The notes: a model not told the origin generated them from the letters alone. Shown: positions 1 to 8,709, counted from the stretch's first letter. The stretch is DNA of 10,970 nt from an uncultured archaeon (GCA_964648855.1 CAZYLT010000036.1:1-10970); one strand, 5' to 3'. Translations and numbers: made by a program.

Positions 1-16
1 TGAGTCTGACGGGGGC

Positions 17-23
17 TATTTAA
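17..23 (-). promoter_or_regulatory. Possible TATA box (TTAAATA on the minus strand) for a gene starting just left of the window
   Basis: TATTTAA on + reads TTAAATA on -, matching the archaeal TATA consensus. The target gene is outside the window, so this cannot be confirmed. Confidence 0.3.
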
Positions 24-300
24 GCTGCCACAAAACTCGCGGTGAGCACAGCTATGGGAAAATCTGACACTTCTATTGGACAATTTAACTAGAAAACGAG
101 GGGGTAGTGCATCACTCTAGAATGAGGCATAGCCGAATACAGATATCTTCTTGTTTCATATGTGTTCCAATGAGCCATGACTGCGTCCAAATCACTCATC
201 TCAAGTGCTCTGAGACGCACTTTCTTTCCGAGATACATAGCTTACTGCTTAGTCACCCTTCCAGATAAACATGTTCGCAAGTATTGCTTACAGAGATGTA

Positions 301-1068
301 TCAGTATGCCAGCCATCCGCCATCAACCGCGAGAGTGTGCCCCGTTATGTAACGAGCATCATCACTTGCAAGAAAGGCCACTGCTCCTCGAATCCACTCG
401 CTTTTTGCAAGCATAGGTAATGCAGTGCGAGGCTCGATAACTTTCTCTCGAAGTTCATCTGATTCTATTGCCTCCTTGGACATATCTGTTGGGAAAAATC
501 CGGGTGCTATTGAATTCACTCTGATATTATGTTTACCGAGTTCCACTGCAAGAGCCTTTGTCAGAGCAATCACCCCGCCCTTGGACGCATAGTACCCCAC
601 CTCAGTGAATTCTGTGGCACCAAGTCCAAAAGTTGAACTGATGTTGATTATGCAACCACTCTCCTTGGGTATCATGACCCTTGCCACCTCTCGAGATGCG
701 AGAAACGTGGAAGTCAGATTGACATTCATTACAAGATTCCAATCCTCCAGGGTCTGTTCTACTAGAGGCTTGACAACATACATCCCCGCGTTATTGACCA
801 GAATGTCTACAGTGCCAAACTCATCTACTGTTCTATCTACCATATTTACAATGTCTGTTTCCTTTGTCACATCGGTTTTAATGGGCAGAGATCGAACATC
901 ATATTTCTTTGACAGTGCATCTGCAATTTGTTTTAGGTTCTTTTCTCGCCTTGCAGCTAGAACAACGTTTGAGCCGGCCTCAGCTAATGCATGCGCGAAT
1001 TGCTCACCTAATCCGCCAGAGCCACCGGTGATTATTGCTATCTTTCCGTCCAAATCATATTTAGCCAT
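301..1068 (-). CDS. Classical short-chain dehydrogenase/reductase (FabG / gluconate 5-dehydrogenase-like), probably NADP(H)-dependent
   Basis: 255 aa with TGGSGGLG (TGxxxGxG), NNAG, NISS, catalytic YYASK (YxxxK), IRVNSIAPG and YITGHTLAVDGG. Basic residues (ARR) after beta-2 suggest NADP(H). GGAG lies about 10 nt upstream of the ATG. Confidence 0.95.
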   Translation of the reverse strand: MAKYDLDGKIAIITGGSGGLGEQFAHALAEAGSNVVLAARREKNLKQIADALSKKYDVRSLPIKTDVTKETDIVNMVDRTVDEFGTVDILVNNAGMYVVKPLVEQTLEDWNLVMNVNLTSTFLASREVARVMIPKESGCIINISSTFGLGATEFTEVGYYASKGGVIALTKALAVELGKHNIRVNSIAPGFFPTDMSKEAIESDELREKVIEPRTALPMLAKSEWIRGAVAFLASDDARYITGHTLAVDGGWLAY

Positions 1069-1150
1069 GTCAGTATTCTCCGTCTACAAAGACTATGAGA
1101 AGCAGCGGCAAAGCGGGCAATAAAGCAACCGGATAATCATTTCCTATTAC

Positions 1151-2410
1151 ATGAAAGTTAAGAATGCTAAGACCACACTCAGAATAGTGCATCATATGAA
1201 CGAGTCGGACTGCTCTAGTGGCACTATCCAATTGGCACAAAGTGAAGGCTGGTCCACTCTATCGAATCGCATTAGGGACTCAATTGAACATAACAGCGAA
1301 AAGGCAATCGCTGAATCCATAGAAGGGATGCAGGAGCGATTCCCGACTAATTGGGGCCTTTTCCGCAGGGCCCTTTTCCATGCCTCATCTATCCCAGAGT
1401 TCATCTACAGCAATGTGGGGGTTGATGATATTCTCACTCATTTGGAAGCACACTCTTCTGCAGACGAGGGCCTGCATATCTATGATGTTGCGTTAGAAGT
1501 TATGCGAAAGAAAATCGAAGATGGGAACACCCATTTCATTGAACTAAGCAGACTGAAGAAAACAAGACTTGCTCATCTGATACCATCCATCCTGGAAACG
1601 AGGGCATCTGAACTGAAGCAACTTGCAGATGAAACTGCGACCTCTTCAGATTTGATTAAGACATACTATGGATATATTTGTGTCACGTCAGCTATCCGAG
1701 GTAAAGGGTTGTTAAGAACGCTTGAATCATTCTTGCAGCAAAATTCCATCCGTCTCCACGATGAATGCTCTCTCATAGAGCCAGATTTTGCACAAGAGGA
1801 TTTCACATCTCGAAATATGAGCTCGAATGAGGCAACTTTGCTGAAGCTCGGTCTAGATCTTACATCTACTAATTCCAATACTCGAATGATTGCTGCGAGA
1901 AAAATGGGGAAAATTGGGGATCCGCGAACAGAACCCTTTCTCAGACGGAGTACTCAGGATGCATACAGCTGGGTACGGAAGGAAAGTGTTCGCGCTCTTG
2001 CAAAACTATGCATCCCCGAGAGTGCTGATGTTTTGGATGCATGCTTGGAGGATTTCAACGAAGATATAAGAAATATAGCTATATCAGGACTCATCGAAAT
2101 AGGCTCGCCAGCAAAACAGCAGCTAATAAATCGAATTAAGGCTGACATGAATTTTGACTACGAGTCTGCTGTTTCCTCTCTAGATGTTGCACATCCCCGC
2201 TCTCTAGATAGTTTCATTGCTGCCGTCAAATATCAGAAAGAGAATGCTCTTCTTTCTGCCATTAGGGTTATGGGTCACATTGCTGATTCATCCGACTTAA
2301 TCCTTCTTGAGAAGCTGTCTAGGAATCAAAATGAGAAAATAAGCAGTGCATCAAAGAATGCCATTAGACTAATCCAAGAGCGGACCAACAATGATAGTCA
2401 TTCTTCATGA
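1151..2410 (+). CDS. HEAT-repeat (PBS-lyase-like) protein with an uncharacterised N-terminal region; true start possibly the ATG at 1196
   Basis: The C-terminal half has tandem HEAT-like units: TRMIAARKMGKIGDPRTEPFL, WVRKESVRALAKL, DIRNIAISGLIEIG, AIRVMGHIAD. A BRE/TATA-like GAAAGTTAAGA at 1153-1163 favours the in-frame ATG at 1196. Confidence 0.8.
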   Translation: MKVKNAKTTLRIVHHMNESDCSSGTIQLAQSEGWSTLSNRIRDSIEHNSEKAIAESIEGMQERFPTNWGLFRRALFHASSIPEFIYSNVGVDDILTHLEAHSSADEGLHIYDVALEVMRKKIEDGNTHFIELSRLKKTRLAHLIPSILETRASELKQLADETATSSDLIKTYYGYICVTSAIRGKGLLRTLESFLQQNSIRLHDECSLIEPDFAQEDFTSRNMSSNEATLLKLGLDLTSTNSNTRMIAARKMGKIGDPRTEPFLRRSTQDAYSWVRKESVRALAKLCIPESADVLDACLEDFNEDIRNIAISGLIEIGSPAKQQLINRIKADMNFDYESAVSSLDVAHPRSLDSFIAAVKYQKENALLSAIRVMGHIADSSDLILLEKLSRNQNEKISSASKNAIRLIQERTNNDSHSS

Positions 2411-2425
2411 TGAGGCGTATTGACC

Positions 2426-4426
2426 CTATTGTAGAAGATTGCGAGCTCTCAAGACAACATTCTCACTTGTAAAACCAAAGCTCTCAAACAAGTCTTCATA
2501 GGGGGCTGAGGCTCCGAATCTTTCGATAGAGATGATGTCTCCTTCATCTCCTACCCATTTCTGCCATCCTTGCGCGACTCCAGCCTCCACAGCAAGTCTG
2601 GCCTTCACATTATCGGGTAGAATTGATTCTTTGTATGCAGGGTCTTGCTTCTCAAAGATTTCCCAGCTCGGAAATGAAACTACTCGTACGCTATAGCCTT
2701 CATCTGCCAGAGCTTCTGCTGCAGCAGCTATTAACGGTACTTCGGAACCAGATGCCATGAGAATAATATCAGGATTCTCTCCAAAATCCTTCAATATGTA
2801 TGCTCCCTTTTGTAACCCCTTTGGCGAGTTGTATATGGACCTATCTAGAGTAGGTACATTCTGGCGAGTCAACACAATGGTAGTTGGATCATCCCGTCTC
2901 TGAATTGCTACACGCCATGCTTCTGTGACCTCGTTTGCATCACCTGGTCTAATGACTACCATATTCGGCATTGCACGAAGAGAGGCAAGGTGTTCAATGG
3001 GTTGATGCGTGGGGCCATCTTCTCCTAGGCCAATGCTGTCATGGGTGAAGACCCAAATGCTGGGGTACCCTGAGAGGGCAGATAATCGAATGGCAGGTCT
3101 CATATAATCCAAAAAGACGAAAAACGTCCCACAATAGGGTAACAAACCTCCATGGACCGCCATGCCATTAACGATACCTCCCATGGCATGTTCCCTCACC
3201 CCGAAGTAGATATTTCGTTCTGCAGGAGAATCTGCTTGAAAATCCTTACTTCCTTCTATCCATGTCTTATTTGAGCCGGTGAGATCAGCTGACCCACCAA
3301 TCATCTCTGGAATTCTTGATGTGATTACATCAAGCGTCTTTCCGGAGGCCGCTCGTGTTGCGATTCCCTTCTCATCAGGGTCAAAAACAGGTAGGTCATT
3401 ATCCCAATCACCAGGCAATCTCCCTTCTAGGCGTCTCCTGAATTCAGCTGCCTTTTCCGGGTGTTCCTTCTCATAGTTTGAAACCAGTAGGTTCCAAGTC
3501 GACTGCAGCTCCTCTCCCTGTTCCAGTGCCTCTCTAAAATGTTCTAAGACCTCATCAGGAACATGGAATTTTTCCTGGGGCCAACCAAGATTGTTCTTTG
3601 CTCCCTTGAGTTCCTCCTCGCCGGCTGGCTCACCATGGGCCTTGGCGGTGTCTTGCCGGGTAGGCAATCCGTACCCAATATGAGTTCTGCACATGATGAG
3701 GGAGGGTTTACTGTTTTCCTTCGCCTCCCGAATTGCAGCATCTATTGCTTCCACATCATTTCCATTGTCAACCTTCTGCACATGCCATCCATATGCCTCG
3801 AAACGCTTACCCACATCTTCAGTGAAAGTCAGGTCGGTACTACCGTCGATGCTTATGTCGTTGTCATCATATAGCATTATGAGTTTGCCGAGCTTGAAAT
3901 GACCCGCAAGGGATGCTGCCTCCGAAGAGATGCCCTCCATTAAGTCACCATCAGTCACTATTGCATACGTATAATGATTGACAACATCATATTCCCCCTC
4001 GTTGAATACCGCCGCCAAATGTTTTTCTGCGACCGCCATTCCTACAGCATTGGCAAATCCCTGTCCTAGGGGCCCAGTTGTCACCTCAACTCCGGGTGTA
4101 CAAAATGACTCAGGATGTCCCGGGGTATTGCTTTGCCATTGTCGAAAATCCTTGATATCATTCAATGAAACGTCATATCCAGTAAGATACAGTAGAGAAT
4201 AGAGCAGCATTGAACCATGCCCTCCTGACAAGACAAATCGGTCACGATCGGGCCATTCTGGGTCTTTTGGATTGAATCTCAGATGGCGTTTCCATAGTGT
4301 ATACGACATTGCTGCTGCGCCCATGGGCATTCCTGGATGTCCAGAATTCGCCTTTTGCACAGCATCTGCTGAAAGAAATCGAATCGTGTTAATGGCTTTC
4401 TCATGAAGTGGGTCTTTTGAATTCAT
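2426..4426 (-). CDS. tkt: Transketolase, single-chain bacterial type (EC 2.2.1.1)
   Basis: 666 aa with [42 protein letters not shown], the ThDP motif DGDLMEG...[35 protein letters not shown] and FGASAP. GGAGA RBS upstream. Confidence 0.98.
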   Translation of the reverse strand: MNSKDPLHEKAINTIRFLSADAVQKANSGHPGMPMGAAAMSYTLWKRHLRFNPKDPEWPDRDRFVLSGGHGSMLLYSLLYLTGYDVSLNDIKDFRQWQSNTPGHPESFCTPGVEVTTGPLGQGFANAVGMAVAEKHLAAVFNEGEYDVVNHYTYAIVTDGDLMEGISSEAASLAGHFKLGKLIMLYDDNDISIDGSTDLTFTEDVGKRFEAYGWHVQKVDNGNDVEAIDAAIREAKENSKPSLIMCRTHIGYGLPTRQDTAKAHGEPAGEEELKGAKNNLGWPQEKFHVPDEVLEHFREALEQGEELQSTWNLLVSNYEKEHPEKAAEFRRRLEGRLPGDWDNDLPVFDPDEKGIATRAASGKTLDVITSRIPEMIGGSADLTGSNKTWIEGSKDFQADSPAERNIYFGVREHAMGGIVNGMAVHGGLLPYCGTFFVFLDYMRPAIRLSALSGYPSIWVFTHDSIGLGEDGPTHQPIEHLASLRAMPNMVVIRPGDANEVTEAWRVAIQRRDDPTTIVLTRQNVPTLDRSIYNSPKGLQKGAYILKDFGENPDIILMASGSEVPLIAAAAEALADEGYSVRVVSFPSWEIFEKQDPAYKESILPDNVKARLAVEAGVAQGWQKWVGDEGDIISIERFGASAPYEDLFESFGFTSENVVLRARNLLQ

Positions 4427-4572
4427 GAAATATATCTCCGGGGGTAGACCTTTGACTACAGAGTCTTTGGTGTATGTTATTTGCTTGAGGCCTTCTTTAT
4501 TATGCTTGCTGATTAGGTGACCTGCAACAGTACGGCAGCCAAAAATCCGAGTGAGATATATCGATAATTAAT

Positions 4573-4604
4573 AAAAAAGAATTGAAGCGGAGCAATCCGC
4601 TTCA
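4573..4604 (-). terminator. Hairpin plus U-tract terminator of the surface-protein gene
   Basis: Perfect 9-bp stem TGAAGCGGA (4583-4591) / TCCGCTTCA (4596-4604) with a 4-nt loop, 7 nt after the stop codon. It is followed on the minus strand by TTCTTTTTT. Confidence 0.7.
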
Positions 4605-4611
4605 CTGTATT

Positions 4612-5547
4612 CTACTTTCTGAACTTGACAACGAGGGCGATAACTACTACGACAACAATTCCGCCACCAATCAACAACAGCATTGTATTATCAGTGGGGA
4701 GGACGCCACCCGACTCAATTCCCAAGGTGGGATCATATTCGAGTGTTTCATTGCCAAAGTATTCGAAAGCCAAGTAGATTGCATTTCCTGCCTGCTGACC
4801 TGCAGCCTCACCATAGCTGGCCTTCACTTGAACCGTGTTCTGTGCGGCGAGAGCAGTTTCTGCGTATTCCATGTAGGCTCCATTGAACTGAAACTCGGTA
4901 CCAGTATGTCCGAAATCACCAGGGTCTCTAGACCCTTGTTCCTCTCCGTGAGCGCTCTCACTAATCGTGAATTGCAAAACGAGGATTGAGTCATCGTATG
5001 TCCAGTTCCAACTGTCAATGATCACATCGAACTTCAACTCGTTGGAATTTTGTACATCCATGTGAACCCGTATCTGTACCATTACATCAAAGGATGCCAT
5101 GTCAGGGATATTGCCTACCTCGCCTCCAGACCTGGGATTATGTTCTGTGGTGCTTGTGAAGTTGAAATGTATCGCCGTAACATTTCCATCTTCAGTTTCA
5201 GTTTCGAAACCGCTGAAGTCCCATCCTGTTGAGGGTAACGCAAATGGTGAACCTACAATCTGGTCCTCACTTGCATTGTATATTCCATCAGAATTAGTAT
5301 CGTTCGCTTCAAATAACTTGACAAAAATCAAGTGAAAGTCGGAATCAGGGCTATCTGGGTCCCACCAATGAAAATGAGGAACCTCTCCCGCGCCTGTCAC
5401 CTTCATCTCGATCTCATCAGTTGTCAGCCTGACCATTCCGGCTGTCTCTTGATACTGAATGCCATTTCCTTGTGCTGAAACCATTGGCACTGCTATAGCC
5501 AGCATGGCTGCGACAAGGGATGCAATCAAAAGTTTTGATTTTTTCAT
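4612..5547 (-). CDS. Secreted, C-terminally membrane-anchored acidic surface (glyco)protein of unknown function
   Basis: Start re-assigned to ATG 5547, which opens a Sec signal peptide (MKKSKLLIASLVAAMLAIAVPMVSA). The ectodomain is beta-rich and acidic, with a DxNxDG loop (DTNSDG) and six N-x-S/T sequons. It ends in a hydrophobic helix plus a KFRK tail. Confidence 0.85.
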   Translation of the reverse strand: MKKSKLLIASLVAAMLAIAVPMVSAQGNGIQYQETAGMVRLTTDEIEMKVTGAGEVPHFHWWDPDSPDSDFHLIFVKLFEANDTNSDGIYNASEDQIVGSPFALPSTGWDFSGFETETEDGNVTAIHFNFTSTTEHNPRSGGEVGNIPDMASFDVMVQIRVHMDVQNSNELKFDVIIDSWNWTYDDSILVLQFTISESAHGEEQGSRDPGDFGHTGTEFQFNGAYMEYAETALAAQNTVQVKASYGEAAGQQAGNAIYLAFEYFGNETLEYDPTLGIESGGVLPTDNTMLLLIGGGIVVVVVIALVVKFRK

Positions 5548-5578
5548 TGTGTAATCACTATACAATGCATATTGGTAT

Positions 5579-5588
5579 CTATATATAG
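5579..5588 (-). promoter_or_regulatory. TATA box of the surface-protein gene
   Basis: CTATATATAG lies 32-41 nt upstream of ATG 5547. This is almost the same spacing as the TATA at 10281-10290 relative to ATG 10250. Confidence 0.6.
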
Positions 5589-5974
5589 CAACTATTAGAA
5601 AAACTGGGGTTTATTAATAAAATATAGCAATGATAAAACTCCAAAATAAAAATAAAATTTTATGAAGGCTTTAAAATATTTTGAAAACCATCTAATAATC
5701 GATTTGCCTTAAATCTTAACCCATTATGGTCAAAAGGACTTGTCTAGGAAAATACTCCTTCTGACCATCGCTAGGTATGACCAACTCGATTCTTTCAGTT
5801 AGACCGTTTGCATAGATTATTCCTCGGAATAAACTAAACCGTAGTGAGGGTGCCAAAGGCATCTCACAACTCGCTTACTCTTTAAGACAGCTCGTTTTTG
5901 AATTTGTAGCAATTCTTTTATGTCACACCCGTGTAGATTTCTTACAATTCGCGTAATATGGAGGATTTGTCAAA

Positions 5975-6361
5975 ATGCAATTAGATTTTATTCCATTCCT
6001 AGGAACATTCGGAACAATAGTTTTGTTGATGATTGTAATCTCATTCATCATCACTGCTCTGTTACTCGGAGTGGCCCTAGGTCCAGTGAAGGGACGAAAT
6101 AGAGATTTCGGATCTACAGTAGTCACTGCGCTACTGATGGCCGTTTCCAACCTAGCCGCATTCGTCCCAGTCATTGGGCCTATACTGGTTTGTATTCTTC
6201 AATGGTACTTCATCAAGAGCCGCCATGATGTCGGTTGGGGTGGAGCAATTGTAGCTTGGATTGTTCTTATCATCCTGCAAGCTATCGTTCTCATTCTGAT
6301 TATACTGCTTCTAGGCGGTGGGCTCGGTCTCTTGTTCAATCTGATACCGATGTCCCCATGA
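5975..6361 (+). CDS. Small integral membrane protein (about 4 TM helices), unknown function
   Basis: 128 aa, almost entirely hydrophobic, with short polar loops (VKGRNRDFG, KSRHDVGWGG). Strong GGAGG RBS at 5960-5964. Confidence 0.85.
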   Translation: MQLDFIPFLGTFGTIVLLMIVISFIITALLLGVALGPVKGRNRDFGSTVVTALLMAVSNLAAFVPVIGPILVCILQWYFIKSRHDVGWGGAIVAWIVLIILQAIVLILIILLLGGGLGLLFNLIPMSP

Positions 6362-6404
6362 AGACATATCTTGATCATGAACTAAAGAAAATGCAAATCG
6401 GTCG

Positions 6405-7052
6405 GTGAAAAGGATCATATCTGCGACAGATGAGAAATCGTCGTTAGTGCTGAATCGAAGTGAAGTCTTACGGCACCCTCTTCTCTTTCTGAAGTCGGTT
6501 GGTTCCTTTCTCACCGCCCACCATCCTTTTTGTTCACCATTCGACTCACACACTATCAATCTGCGTGGACGTCGATGGTGCATCGGATGCACGTTCAATA
6601 ATATCTCGTTTTTTGCAACTCTTGGGTTGCTGCTAACTCTATGGTTAGTCGGATATACAAGTATCTCAAGATTCTTTTTATTCTATGGGGGACTAGCTGG
6701 ATCCACAATCTCCATTGTTTCGGGGCAGTTCAAGTTTGGTGACTCCCAGAAAGGTCGTCTAATCAGGAAGCTCATTTTGGGCAGCTCATTCGCCCTGTTT
6801 AGCTTCTCAATCTTGATTTTTGGAAACTCGATATTCTACATGTTCAAAGAGAAGTTTCTCTTTTTTGTGCTGATATACTATCCGTTGTTTTCTCTTATGA
6901 GTGCTACCAGGCTTTGGGAAGTATCGAAGACGTGTAGTCAGTGCGAGCATTCGACACAGTGGAGCAAATGCCCAGGATTTCATGAGATAGTATCGAAACT
7001 AGATCAAAATGGTTTTCTTAAGACTCGCGACAAAAATCTCAGCATTTCATAA
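6405..7052 (+). CDS. Membrane protein (about 4 TM) with Cys/His-rich putative metal-binding motifs (loosely DUF2085-like); start uncertain
   Basis: N-terminal HHPFC-x5-H-x9-CIGC precedes the TM segments. C-terminal CSQC-x8-CPGF follows them. GTG start. Confidence 0.75.
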   Translation: MKRIISATDEKSSLVLNRSEVLRHPLLFLKSVGSFLTAHHPFCSPFDSHTINLRGRRWCIGCTFNNISFFATLGLLLTLWLVGYTSISRFFLFYGGLAGSTISIVSGQFKFGDSQKGRLIRKLILGSSFALFSFSILIFGNSIFYMFKEKFLFFVLIYYPLFSLMSATRLWEVSKTCSQCEHSTQWSKCPGFHEIVSKLDQNGFLKTRDKNLSIS

Positions 7053-7128
7053 GCAAATCAGATAATCAATTACTCTCGTCGATACACTAATCTTTATTCC
7101 CTCGGTCATCGAATAATGAGGTGTTGGA

Positions 7129-7728
7129 TTGGTGCCGCCTCAGAAAGAAGTATTCAAAAATCCCGTCGTCAGAATCCCTATCGATAAGATAAGATTCCCT
7201 CGTATTTGCCCAATTTGTGGAAAAGAAGCTAATAAGCCAGCTAGAGTAACAGCCCGGCCTGGTATCTATCGATATCTTCGCCCCTCTTGGGATCCTGCAT
7301 TTTGGCCTCGAGTCAGACGAAGTGCGGGCATAAATCCTCCCGAATCAAAATCACTTATTCTATATGTATGTGAGGACCATTATCGATCAGATGAAGGAGA
7401 TAGTAATTACAAGACTCTTTGTATAGTCTGTGATGGGCTTATTGCTATGGCTCTTCTATTTGCGCTCTTTGAAATTGGGGGAACTTTCTGGTTGGGGCGG
7501 ATGCCAACTATATTATCCATAACAATGGTTCCAGTCTTCTTCATTGCCCTAGTCATTACCATTGTGGCATTTAGAGCAGGGCCATTGCGAAATGCAATCA
7601 GAATTGTAGGTTTTGATGCTGGCATTCAGAATGTATGGCTTGCATTCAAGCGATCAGACTATCGTGAAGCTTTCATTGAAGCTAACCCCATATATGCAGA
7701 AGAGGTTCGTTGGATAAGGCGCGCTTGA
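7129..7728 (+). CDS. Zn-finger (CxxC...CxxH) two-TM membrane protein, unknown function
   Basis: FPRICPICG ... VCEDH, then two hydrophobic helices and a soluble C-terminal tail. GAGGTG RBS at 7118-7123 precedes TTG 7129 / GTG 7132. Confidence 0.8.
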   Translation: MVPPQKEVFKNPVVRIPIDKIRFPRICPICGKEANKPARVTARPGIYRYLRPSWDPAFWPRVRRSAGINPPESKSLILYVCEDHYRSDEGDSNYKTLCIVCDGLIAMALLFALFEIGGTFWLGRMPTILSITMVPVFFIALVITIVAFRAGPLRNAIRIVGFDAGIQNVWLAFKRSDYREAFIEANPIYAEEVRWIRRA

Positions 7729-7898
7729 CACCTAATTCTCCCATGCAGTGTCCTGCTTCGTTCTTGTCCAATACTGAAAGCATTCATGTGTTCTGCTATG
7801 TGTATCATGTTCACATATGGACGCAAAATATGCGGAATCTCTTATGGCGAGAGCTGCTTTGCAGTTATTTTGGTTCGTATAAGGAAGGGAGCATGGTT

Positions 7899-8141
7899 AT
7901 GAGTAAGCATCCTGAAAAAATTGAGATAACTGGTCTTTTCTCTAAGATTAAGGACGAGTACTGCATCACATCTGATGATGAAGATGTATACGAACTATCT
8001 CCGTTCAAGCCGTGGGGTCCAGATTCTCCTCAAGAGATACCTCCTGAATACGAAAAGAATCTTGGAAAGAAACTCACCGCTAAAGGGCTTACTGATGGCA
8101 GAGTAATAGGGGGTGCAGAAATCAAAAGTTCAACCGATTAG
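7899..8141 (+). CDS. Small soluble hypothetical protein (about 80 aa, possibly an OB-fold-like beta-barrel)
   Basis: The ORF track starts at 7710, but AAGGAAGGGAG (7881-7891) precedes ATG 7893/7899. Only the part from there on has protein-like composition (IEITG...YCITS...YELS...LGKKLTAKG). Confidence 0.65.
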   Translation: MSKHPEKIEITGLFSKIKDEYCITSDDEDVYELSPFKPWGPDSPQEIPPEYEKNLGKKLTAKGLTDGRVIGGAEIKSSTD

Positions 8142-8206
8142 ACAACTGCCAATTGCCATAGATGTCCAGCTTCTAATCTCTATAAATTACCCGCAAACAA
8201 AAGTAC

Positions 8207-8246
8207 ACTAGAAGAAGCTCTTACACTCGTAAGAGCTCCAACTAGT
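8207..8246 (-). terminator. Long stem-loop between convergent genes, probable terminator or 3'-end structure of the SORL transcript
   Basis: AGCTCTTAC (8216-8224) / GTAAGAGCT (8229-8237) form a perfect stem, extended by ACTAG/CTAGT. The minus-strand RNA gains an extra G-U pair and is followed by CUUUUGUUUG. Confidence 0.6.
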
Positions 8247-8255
8247 TTGATGATG

Positions 8256-8648
8256 CTACTTAACTCCGATTTTCTTCTCATGCTTCCATAAGCCATGAAT
8301 GTTGCAATACGCTGTTGACATCAGTTTACCCGGTTTGTCCGTCTTGAACGCAAAAACTGCATGGGGCTCACAATACACAGTGCTAGTGTCTGCTCCCTTG
8401 ACTGAGGCTCCATGTGCGTCAAAGCTCATGTAACCTATCTCGTATGGAAATTTCTCCCCTTCAGGCCAGAAGAACAAGTCCATCCATTTTATGTGATGTG
8501 CAGTAGTGTTCGGATGTGAAATCTCTTTCCCTACTTGCACCTTGACATGGAAAACCTCGCCTTTCTTGACTTTATCTGGGGCATCGATTACCGGGACATG
8601 TTTTTCATTCTTCCAATCATCTGTTTGTAACCAATTCTTATCTGCCAT
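8256..8648 (-). CDS. Class II SORL-domain protein (neelaredoxin / 1Fe superoxide reductase-like)
   Basis: Non-heme iron ligand motifs EKHVP, HPNTTAHHI and CNIHGLW are present. There is no N-terminal desulforedoxin domain. AGAGGT RBS upstream. Confidence 0.93.
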   Translation of the reverse strand: MADKNWLQTDDWKNEKHVPVIDAPDKVKKGEVFHVKVQVGKEISHPNTTAHHIKWMDLFFWPEGEKFPYEIGYMSFDAHGASVKGADTSTVYCEPHAVFAFKTDKPGKLMSTAYCNIHGLWKHEKKIGVK

Positions 8649-8709
8649 TATCTCGTACCTCTCTTGACCTTAGAACAGAAGTTACTGTTCAGCTTAGAGG
8701 ATAGGTATT

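Noticed and set aside
83-105. ORB-like G-string (TTTAACTAGAAAACGAGGGGGT) suggesting a replication origin
   Set aside because: It is a single copy, lacks the TTCCA...GGAAA dyad of ORB elements, and there is no orc1/cdc6 gene in the window.
605-1123. 172-aa plus-strand ORF (and 177..416)
   Set aside because: Antisense shadow of the SDR gene with no protein-like motifs.
3279-4202. Several short ORFs within the transketolase gene
   Set aside because: Antisense or out-of-frame shadows of a highly conserved gene.
4582-5335. Plus-strand ORFs overlapping the surface-protein gene
   Set aside because: Antisense shadows with no RBS or recognisable motifs.
5548-5974. CRISPR array, tRNA or IS/MITE in the long intergenic region
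   Set aside because: No regularly spaced repeats, no cloverleaf or T-loop motif, and no terminal inverted repeats with target-site duplication or transposase remnant.
7710-7892. N-terminal extension of the 143-aa ORF
   Set aside because: It overlaps the previous gene's end and has atypical composition. A good RBS precedes the ATGs at 7893/7899.
8207-8246. Hairpin as a SECIS element
   Set aside because: It has no AUGA/GA quartet or apical AA motif. No gene in the window has an in-frame TGA at a conserved Cys position, and SORL ends in TAG.
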